A DNA stretch of 27,897 bases from Pseudomonadota bacterium. GTDB taxonomy: Bacteria; Pseudomonadota; Alphaproteobacteria; Paracaedibacterales; CAIOTO01. The stretch covers positions 62,001 through 89,897 of the forward strand of contig JAZKDQ010000018.1 in assembly GCA_040387495.1 (NCBI GenBank), written 5' to 3'. How positions within the stretch are numbered: position 1 is the stretch's first letter; every line of letters starts with the position of its first letter. Of the stretch, positions 16,487 to 23,628 are shown piece by piece. Position numbers and translations under genes: made by a program. The notes under the pieces are model-generated. The model searched no databases. It saw only the letters and a list, made by a program, of their open reading frames with translations, and was not told the origin of the DNA.

Positions 16487-17155
16487 ATGAATGTGTTTAC
16501 AGCCGAGCATGATATTGAATCGATTCTGTTTCAGCAAGTACGACCACACGGTGTTTTGTCTACACAGGTTGAAGCTGCGCTTCGATCTGTAAATCGTATT
16601 CCATTTTTGCCTCCAGCCTTTGCGGACGTAGCATATGGTGATGCCCCAATTCAACTGAAACGTCGGTGCGAGCTCCCTTTTTTTGTGCTCGCACGGTTGT
16701 TGCAGGTGCTTGCCATTAAGAAAGTTGATAGTGTATGTGTGGTCAGTGCGGGCGCCGGATATAGTGCGACGATTTTATCGCAGCTGTGTAGTGCTGTCGA
16801 AGCCTTCGAAAGCGATAGTATTTTGTTTGCCCGCTTAATTGACGCCACACGTGGAAATACGATTGTGACGCCAGTGCCAACCCTTAGCGCACGACTTGTT
16901 GATGTGATTTTTATGGATGGCGGTGCGTTAGATGCGATACCACAAGCCGTATTGGATAAACTTTTGCCGGGGGGACGGATTGCTTTTGTGCGCGTCATGC
17001 CGGGCGGATCACCATCACTTGAGGCACCTTTATGCGAGGGCGTGCTAATTAAGAAGGACGCAGAGGGTGTGTTTTTACCGCCGCATATTGTGTGTCAAGT
17101 GCATTTACCAAGATTAAACGTATGTATACGTCAAAATGAAGCATTCCATTTTTGA
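16487..17155 (+). CDS. pcm: Protein-L-isoaspartate O-methyltransferase family protein (divergent)
   Basis: QQVRP, V.R..FLP....VAYGD, LARLLQ.L, AGAGY...ILSQL, DVIF.DG, L.PGGR; position upstream of tolC-popZ. Confidence 0.8.
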   Translation: MNVFTAEHDIESILFQQVRPHGVLSTQVEAALRSVNRIPFLPPAFADVAYGDAPIQLKRRCELPFFVLARLLQVLAIKKVDSVCVVSAGAGYSATILSQLCSAVEAFESDSILFARLIDATRGNTIVTPVPTLSARLVDVIFMDGGALDAIPQAVLDKLLPGGRIAFVRVMPGGSPSLEAPLCEGVLIKKDAEGVFLPPHIVCQVHLPRLNVCIRQNEAFHF

Positions 17156-17207
17156 TGAAACTGGTTAGAATGGTGAGTAAGGTTTGTGATTATGGTTTTC
17201 ATGACTT

Positions 17208-17295
17208 CGTCATGGCAAGCCTGTAAGGCGTGGCCATCCAGGGTTGTTTCAAAGTAGATGGATTACCGCGTCGTCTTTGACTACTCGCAATGACG
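17208..17295. repeat. GTCAT-tagged palindromic repeat doublet (L 17208-17240, R 17259-17295)
   Basis: CGTCATGGCAAGCCTGTAAGGCGTGGCCATCCA ... TGGATTACCGCGTCGTCTTTGACTACTCGCAATGACG. Confidence 0.88.
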
Positions 17296-17347
17296 GTGGA
17301 TTTTTGGAGCATTACACAAAATTTTTAACAGTAAAATAAATGGATAC

Positions 17348-18922
17348 ATGATGAAAAATTTAAGTCTTTTTCTTTGTTTAGGGTGCGCCCTAGCTGCGCC
17401 TGTATTAGCAGAAAAAAGCGTGACTCCCACAGTGACAACTGTAGGTACTGCAAGTCAAAACGCAAAAGATGCAAAAATATTAGCAGAGGTTTCTAAAAAA
17501 CCATCTAACGTTGTCTTAAATGCACCTGCAGTCGTATCGACAGATGTTGCTGTTATTGAAATGAAAGAGTCATTGGCTGCGCCTAGTGGCCCCGTTTCAA
17601 CATTGGCTGATGCGCTTGCTGCGGCGTATGTAAATAACCATGGTCTTTTGCAAAAGCGTCAAGAATTAATGTCTGGACATGAAAAAATTGCTCAAACAAA
17701 GGCCGATTTTTTACCGTCAGTAACATCTGAAATTGGTTTAAGGGGTAATAAGTCACTTGCCTCTGGTTCTCTTAAAGATAGAAATCCAGCTGGCACTCCG
17801 AATTCCACAAGAAATAGCAGCCGCACAGGAAATATAACTATCCAACAAAATTTGTTTGCGGGTGGTTCTACCATGGCAGCGGTTTTATCGGCGGATCAAA
17901 CGATTCGCGGTTCGTGGGCGAAATTATTGTTAGAAGAACAGAAAACTTTTTTTGATGTGATAAAAGCCTATCTTGATTTAATTAGTAAAGTTTCAAAGGT
18001 TGATGTGCGTATGGCAAACCATGCTGCTTTGAAAAAAAGTTATGAAACAGCGTTTGAAAAACATAGTATTGGTGAAGAACCTTTGACGCAAGTTGCCATT
18101 GCAGAGTCAAAATTTGCTGAAGCAGAGGCAGAATTGCGTACAGCGGAAGCTGATGTCGTGGGTGCCAGGGCAATTCTAACTGCATTAATTGGGACAGATG
18201 TCATTAAGGTTGCTAAGCCAGATGCACCAACAAACTTGCCGCAAACATTAGAAGCATCTATTTCAATGGCAACTGATAATCATCCTGCTATTATGCAAGC
18301 TCAATTTGATCATAAGGCCGCAGAAGCTAATATTGATGAAGTCGAAGGAAAATATTATTTGCCAAGGGTAGACTTGCAAGCAAAATCATCACGTGAGGAA
18401 TCAAGTGCGCGAAATCTTTACGCTGGCGGCGCGGGGGATGTACGATATTCAAACAATGTAACCGATCATTCAATTGGCATTACCATGTCTTATAATCTAT
18501 ATTCAGGCGGACGGTATTCATCAAAGAAACGTGAATTGCATGATGTGGCTGTTACAAAACGAATCTCAATAGAGGGTGCAAAGACAGAAATTGTCGGCTC
18601 TGTGAAATCAACGTTTGAATCCTATCATGCAGCAAAGACAAACATTGAAAATTATAAAAAACAAGTGAAGGCCGCTGAAGTTGCTCTTGAAGCGACGCGT
18701 CAAGAAATGGAAGTTGGAACAAAGGTTTTGTTAGATGTGTTGAATGCGCAAGCCGAGCTTGTAAAGGCGCAGCTAGGGTTTATTGATGCTGAAAAGAATT
18801 TCTTCCAATTTGCATATCAAATGGTGAGCTTGCTTGGCGGGCTGCATGCAAAGGCGATGAAGCTGACTGTTAATTATTTTGACCCTGTGGCGCATTATGA
18901 TAACATTAGCGTTGGGTTTTAA
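17348..18922 (+). CDS. tolC: TolC family outer membrane efflux/T1SS channel
   Basis: Signal peptide, TLADALAAAY.NN, two OEP repeats (QNLFAGG; YNLYSGG), E.EVGTK.LLDVLNAQ.EL, YFDP..HYD. Confidence 0.95.
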   Translation: MMKNLSLFLCLGCALAAPVLAEKSVTPTVTTVGTASQNAKDAKILAEVSKKPSNVVLNAPAVVSTDVAVIEMKESLAAPSGPVSTLADALAAAYVNNHGLLQKRQELMSGHEKIAQTKADFLPSVTSEIGLRGNKSLASGSLKDRNPAGTPNSTRNSSRTGNITIQQNLFAGGSTMAAVLSADQTIRGSWAKLLLEEQKTFFDVIKAYLDLISKVSKVDVRMANHAALKKSYETAFEKHSIGEEPLTQVAIAESKFAEAEAELRTAEADVVGARAILTALIGTDVIKVAKPDAPTNLPQTLEASISMATDNHPAIMQAQFDHKAAEANIDEVEGKYYLPRVDLQAKSSREESSARNLYAGGAGDVRYSNNVTDHSIGITMSYNLYSGGRYSSKKRELHDVAVTKRISIEGAKTEIVGSVKSTFESYHAAKTNIENYKKQVKAAEVALEATRQEMEVGTKVLLDVLNAQAELVKAQLGFIDAEKNFFQFAYQMVSLLGGLHAKAMKLTVNYFDPVAHYDNISVGF

Positions 18923-18950
18923 TAATAATGATAAATAAAGGTACGAGCGT

Positions 18951-19580
18951 ATGACCACATCAAATCACAGCGATGATGATCAAGAAATGTCAATGGACGA
19001 AATTTTAGCGTCTATTCGTCGCTATGTGTCGTCGGATGAACCTGCTCAAAAGGCTGAGCCAAAAGCGGCAGAGCCTTTGTTTGCTAGGCCTCAACTAGAT
19101 ATGGGCGAAGAGCCACATACACAACGTATTACACCGCATTTAGATATGTCACGCCAAGAAGATGTGGTGCGGTTAAACGATGGCGAGAGTACGCGTGAAG
19201 AGTCCCAGCATCCTTCTGCTTGGGCGGAAGAACCCTTTAAGCCTGCTTTTGATATGAACAGAAATGAACCACGTATTGCTCGTCCATTATCAACGCCGCC
19301 AAGGCAATCGAATGCTGCTCCTAAATTAAACGCAGATGGTTTGGTTTCAGATAAAACACTTGCGACAACGATGGAATCATTTGCGCGATTGCGTGATGCA
19401 TCTGCGCCAAAGACGACTGCGAAACACGATTCTGCCGCATCATCAGGTTTGAATCAAACATTGGATCAGTTGTTTGAAAGTCTTGCAAGGCCAATGATTC
19501 GCGAGTGGCTTGATCGAAATTTGCCACCGATGGTCGAACGTATGGTTGCACGAGAGATTGAACGTATTACAAAGTCATGA
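18951..19580 (+). CDS. popZ: Polar organising protein PopZ (DUF2497)
   Basis: N-terminal SMDEILASIRR, disordered Pro/Glu-rich middle, C-terminal RPMIREWLDRNLPPMVERMVAREIERI. Confidence 0.93.
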   Translation: MTTSNHSDDDQEMSMDEILASIRRYVSSDEPAQKAEPKAAEPLFARPQLDMGEEPHTQRITPHLDMSRQEDVVRLNDGESTREESQHPSAWAEEPFKPAFDMNRNEPRIARPLSTPPRQSNAAPKLNADGLVSDKTLATTMESFARLRDASAPKTTAKHDSAASSGLNQTLDQLFESLARPMIREWLDRNLPPMVERMVAREIERITKS

Positions 19581-19725
19581 TGCCAAATACAGTAATTCAC
19601 AATTGCGGCAACGATCTTCTGGCTATGTAAACAGCGGATTTGGCCTTGTGGTGCTTCTTTACAGATGTAACCTCCGCACCTCAAACCATTGCTTGTTTAG
19701 TCTCGAACATTTCTGAATTTGGCAT
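19580..19725. repeat. 146-bp RPE/MITE-like palindromic element
   Basis: Terminal inverted repeat ATGCCAAATACAG / CTGAATTTGGCAT (12 of 13 match); central TTAC-AGAT-GTAA core followed by CCTCCGC. Confidence 0.6.
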
Positions 19726-19750
19726 GGCCATTGTCATTCTCAATTTATCG

Positions 19751-19853
19751 TTGTTATTCCCGCGTAGACGGGAATCTAGAAAATATATAGATCAAGCTCT
19801 TAGTTTAGTGTAATTTGAATTATTCTGGATCCCCGTCTGCACGGGGATGACAA
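19751..19853. repeat. dRS3-like ATTCCC-N8-GGGAAT palindromic doublet
   Basis: TTGTTATTCCCGCGTAGACGGGAATCTAG ... CTGGATCCCCGTCTGCACGGGGATGACAA. Confidence 0.88.
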
Positions 19854-19921
19854 GGTTAATAATATTTTTTTTCCGGGTTGATGTCGTTTCATCGCGCACA
19901 ATCACGAGGAGTATCCTGTTT

Positions 19922-20890
19922 ATGTATAAATCTTTTATTGTTGAAAACTGCCCAACCACACGGGTGGATCGCTGGTTAAGGCGTGAATTTCCAACTGCGA
20001 CACAAGGACAAGTTGAAAAATGGCTGAGGTCAAAAGATATTCTTGTGAATGATAAAAAAGTCGAATCATCGTTTCGTGTGAATGAATTTGATACGATTCA
20101 GGTTAAAATTGTCATTGCTGAAATTTTGTCAAGGCAGGATAAATCACCACTGAATCTTCAGGTGCAGTTGCCGACACGCGCTGAGGCTGACTTATTGGCA
20201 TCATTTATTATTTGGGAAGATGATGAGCTGTTGATTTTAAATAAGCCGTCTGGTTTGGCCACGCAAGGGGGGACAGATACGCATCAGCATATTGATCGAT
20301 TGCTGAAAGCATATCAACAATTTTATTGCCCAAAAGTGCAGCCGCGTCTTGTGCATCGCCTTGATCGTGATACAAGTGGGGTACTGGTAGTTGCTAAGAC
20401 GTTAAAGGCTGCTAATAATTTGGCGGATCAATTTAAAGAAAATGTAATGGACAAAGTCTATTGGGCAGTATGTCATGGGCGTGCATCGCCATTACATGGT
20501 TTGATTGATGCACCCATTGCAAAAATTGAACGTCCTGGGCGCGGCGGCGAAACAATGGCCGTTGATACAAAACTTGGGAAAAGAGCACAAACGAATTATC
20601 GAGTTGTGAAATCATTCTCAGATTTTAGTTGGATGGAACTTAAGCCGCTCACCGGGCGCACCCATCAGTTACGTGTACATATGGCGTGGTTTGGTAACCC
20701 AATTCGAGGTGACGGCAAGTATGGGTTGCGCATCGACGGTAAGCACGATAATGAAACGCTGCATTTGCATGCTCGGTCGATAAAACTTAAAAGCATAGAT
20801 GGTGAGACGTTGACGTTTACTGCGCCGCCTCCAGTACATATGGTTGAAACGCTTGCGCGCAATAGTATTAGCTGGGAACACTTTGCTTAA
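19922..20890 (+). CDS. rluC: RluA-family 23S rRNA pseudouridine synthase (RluC-like)
   Basis: S4 domain (RVDRWLRR), NKPSGLATQGG, HRLDRDTSG with catalytic Asp, TGRTHQLRVH, LHLHA. Start moved to ATG 19922 (GAGGAG at 19906-19911) because ATG 19847 lies inside the repeat. Confidence 0.9.
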   Translation: MYKSFIVENCPTTRVDRWLRREFPTATQGQVEKWLRSKDILVNDKKVESSFRVNEFDTIQVKIVIAEILSRQDKSPLNLQVQLPTRAEADLLASFIIWEDDELLILNKPSGLATQGGTDTHQHIDRLLKAYQQFYCPKVQPRLVHRLDRDTSGVLVVAKTLKAANNLADQFKENVMDKVYWAVCHGRASPLHGLIDAPIAKIERPGRGGETMAVDTKLGKRAQTNYRVVKSFSDFSWMELKPLTGRTHQLRVHMAWFGNPIRGDGKYGLRIDGKHDNETLHLHARSIKLKSIDGETLTFTAPPPVHMVETLARNSISWEHFA

Positions 20891-20918
20891 ATTCCAGTTT
20901 TAATATGCTTCATATCGC

Positions 20919-20999
20919 CGTCATCGCGAGGAGTTTACGACGTGGCGATCTTGTGCTCATGCAGCCAGATTGTCACGCATCAAAGATGCTCGCAATGAC
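20919..20999. repeat. GTCAT-tagged palindromic repeat doublet (L 20919-20951, R 20967-20999)
   Basis: CGTCATCGCGAGGAGTTTACGACGTGGCGATCT ... AGATTGTCACGCATCAAAGATGCTCGCAATGAC. Confidence 0.9.
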
Positions 21000-21043
21000 T
21001 ATGGATTAGACAAATAAATTAGACCAAAGCGAGGTAAAATAAA

Positions 21044-21355
21044 GTGAAGCCAGCCCCAATTTTGTTTGTCGTGTTGCTGCGGTATCTTGTGCCCTTGGAT
21101 ATGATTTTAGCGCTTCGTCCAGCGCATGTGGATTATCTGAAACAGTGTTATGACAATGGAACATTTCTAGTGTCAGGGCCGCAAGTGCCCAGGGCAGGCG
21201 GTCTTATTCTTGCACGTGCAGCAAGTCGTGCAGCGTTGATTGAGACTTTAGAACGGGATCCTTTTTATGTGCACAAAGCAATTGAATATCACGTGTATGG
21301 ATTCGAGGTGAATATGTGCGCGCCAGAATTAGAAAATATTTTAAAGCCAATATAA
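21044..21355 (+). CDS. YciI family protein
   Basis: RPAHVDYL, FLVSGPQVPRAGGLIL, DPFY; GAGGT SD before the GTG start. Confidence 0.88.
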   Translation: MKPAPILFVVLLRYLVPLDMILALRPAHVDYLKQCYDNGTFLVSGPQVPRAGGLILARAASRAALIETLERDPFYVHKAIEYHVYGFEVNMCAPELENILKPI

Positions 21356-21383
21356 CTGTTCATCCATAAAAGGATCATGAATT

Positions 21384-21497
21384 CGTTATCGCAGCCTATC
21401 TCGACAAAGCTTTAGCGAAGACGGAAGGTGTTAACGACGCGGCGATCTTTGTACGAACAGCCTAGATTGCCACGCTTCTTTGAAGCTCGCAGTGACG
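21384..21497. repeat. GTCAT-tagged doublet with long-variant left arm (L* 21384-21448, R 21464-21497)
   Basis: CGTTATCGCAG[..CAAAGCTTTAGCGAAGACGG]..CGACGCGGCGATCT ... AGATTGCCACGCTTCTTTGAAGCTCGCAGTGACG. Confidence 0.85.
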
Positions 21498-21515
21498 GCA
21501 GCCATCATAAATAAC

Positions 21516-21547
21516 AAAAAAACCCGAGGATTAACCCCGGGCTTTTT
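21516..21547. terminator. Rho-independent terminator, probably bidirectional
   Basis: AAAAAAACCCGAGG-ATTAA-CCCCGGGCTTTTT. Confidence 0.8.
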
Positions 21548-21573
21548 CTGTAGATTCTTAGAAGTCTTGCGAA

Positions 21574-22290
21574 CTAGAACTTGTACGCAGCACCGATTGC
21601 AAAACGGTGATCTTTGTAAGATACTCTTCCATTTGCAAGTACAGCTTCATCGTTGTCATTTACAGTAACTTTTTTGCCTAAATTATATGTATATTCAGCA
21701 CGTAAAAGAACTTTGCCCATTGCGCGTTCATAACCAAATGCCGGTGCGAACACAGTGCTTGTTTTATTTGAAGAAAAAGTAAAACTTCTGTTGGTGTTAG
21801 TGTTATCTAGTTCATTGCCTGAAGCTGATACTTTGTCTTTGCTAATTTCAATGCCTGGCTTTACATAAACCAAGTTCTCACCAAACACATAACCGAAACG
21901 TGGTGCGAAACCAAAAGCAATGCCTCTTTTGTATTCTGTTTTTGCGCCAAAGCTATCGCCTTGTGGATCAGTACGGTTATAAATATTTATTTTACGTTTT
22001 GCTGTGTCTGACAGAATTGACATTTCGCCGCCAACATAAAAACCATTTAAATTTTTGCCATAACCAGCATACAAACCATAAAGAAGGCCGTTTGAATTTT
22101 TACCTGAGTTAATTGTTACATTTTTCGATGCAGCTGCAGTTGCCTGAGCTTCTGTTAGTTGAACTTTTGATTTGCTCTTCACAAACCCAGCTTGTGCACC
22201 AAGGTAAGCACCATTAAATGATTTTGATGCTGCGTTTGCTGCAAATGCAGTTGCAGCCATAAGTGTAGTTGCGAGTAGTATTCTTTTCAT
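21574..22290 (-). CDS. Outer-membrane beta-barrel protein, paralog 3
   Basis: Signal peptide, FNGAYLGAQ, GLYAGYG, YVGGE, APRFGY, ends IGAAYKF. Confidence 0.9.
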   Translation of the reverse strand: MKRILLATTLMAATAFAANAASKSFNGAYLGAQAGFVKSKSKVQLTEAQATAAASKNVTINSGKNSNGLLYGLYAGYGKNLNGFYVGGEMSILSDTAKRKINIYNRTDPQGDSFGAKTEYKRGIAFGFAPRFGYVFGENLVYVKPGIEISKDKVSASGNELDNTNTNRSFTFSSNKTSTVFAPAFGYERAMGKVLLRAEYTYNLGKKVTVNDNDEAVLANGRVSYKDHRFAIGAAYKF

Positions 22291-22610
22291 AAAATAAAAT
22301 CCTTTAAATAATATAGTTACGTTTATAATTCACTATGATTCTTTTTTGTTGTCAACACAACGAATGTTGCATTCATAGCGGCGTTACTTTTTTTGGTTGT
22401 GACAATATAGTCGCATATCACGTTTGTTTTTTTTTGAGAAAGAAATTTTTTGTTTTTACATTTTTTGTAAATAGTATAATATTTTTTTCCTTAATTATAT
22501 ATTAATTTTAATTTATTTTTTTATAAATTAGATTTTTTTTTGCTTTTAGTCTAAGTTGAAAAGCCTGTAGTAGAAGTGGAATATACATATGTGACTTTGT
22601 TTAAACACAT

Positions 22611-22644
22611 AAGAAAACCCGCGGTATTAACCACGGGCTTTCTT
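22611..22644 (-). terminator. Rho-independent terminator
   Basis: AAGAAAACCCGCGG-TATTAA-CCACGGGCTTTCTT. Confidence 0.75.
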
Positions 22645-22667
22645 GTGATTCATAAAAATCTTGCCGA

Positions 22668-23393
22668 CTAAAACTTGTACGCAGCACCGATCGCCAAACG
22701 ATGATCTTTATACGATACATTTCCTAATTCAGTCACGGGCGCGGAATTTGAATTGATCCCAAGCTTTTTGCCGCGGTTGTACGTGTATTCAGTGCGTAAA
22801 AGAAGTGGTCCAAGTGCTTTTTCATAACCAACGGCCGGCACAAGTACTACATTTCTTTTGCTTGTAGAGACAGTTGAGCTTGACATTGTGCTGCTGCCCG
22901 AAGGTGCTGCTGAAACAACAGCTGTCGCTTTATCTTTGCTGATCTCAACACCTGGTTTTGCATATAACATGTTATTACCAAAAACATACCCCAAACGCGG
23001 AGCAACACCGATAGCAATACCGCGTTTATACGTTACATTGTTGTTATAAGAGGCATTGTTGCCAGAATCGGTAACATTTTGGTTGCCTTTGCGATTTACT
23101 GTATCGCTTAGAATAGATGCTTCGCCGCCGACATAATAAATGTCATTCATCGTGACGCCATAGCCACCAAATATACCGTACCCTAAACCTTTTGAGTTCG
23201 TAGTGGTATTTGTTGTTGCGCCTGCACTGTTTGCAATATTGACTGATTTTTCATTTGCCACACTTGTTTTTGTATCACTTACAACTAAAGCTGTTTGAGC
23301 ACCAACATAAGCGCCTTTAAATGATTCAGCAGTTGCATTTTTAATAAATGCCGTAGCTAGAATAATAATTGATGCTAATAATATTTTATTCAT
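22668..23393 (-). CDS. Outer-membrane beta-barrel protein, paralog 4
   Basis: Close paralog of 21574-22290 (SILSDT, YKRGIA.G.APR.GYVFG.N..Y.KPG.EISKDK, VSYKDHR.AIGAAYKF). Confidence 0.9.
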   Translation of the reverse strand: MNKILLASIIILATAFIKNATAESFKGAYVGAQTALVVSDTKTSVANEKSVNIANSAGATTNTTTNSKGLGYGIFGGYGVTMNDIYYVGGEASILSDTVNRKGNQNVTDSGNNASYNNNVTYKRGIAIGVAPRLGYVFGNNMLYAKPGVEISKDKATAVVSAAPSGSSTMSSSTVSTSKRNVVLVPAVGYEKALGPLLLRTEYTYNRGKKLGINSNSAPVTELGNVSYKDHRLAIGAAYKF

Positions 23394-23628
23394 GTGAATA
23401 TCTCCTTCTTAAACAAACAATATCATTGTATAATTAATAATGTGTAAACGCATGATCACAAAAGATTGTTTGGAAGTAAATAATTATTTTCATTCTAAAT
23501 CAAGAGCAACTAATGTTTAATATATTAAGTATAATTTTTTTTAATGTTATTAATAAGTTTATTAAATTCTAATTCCACCAAGAATTCCGGCGGTTTGCGT
23601 CCAGAACCCTAATTTCGAGGGTTAGCGG

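Noticed and set aside
19847..19921. N-terminal extension of RluC
   Set aside because: The ATG comes from the repeat end (GGGATGAC); a better SD and the domain start are at 19922
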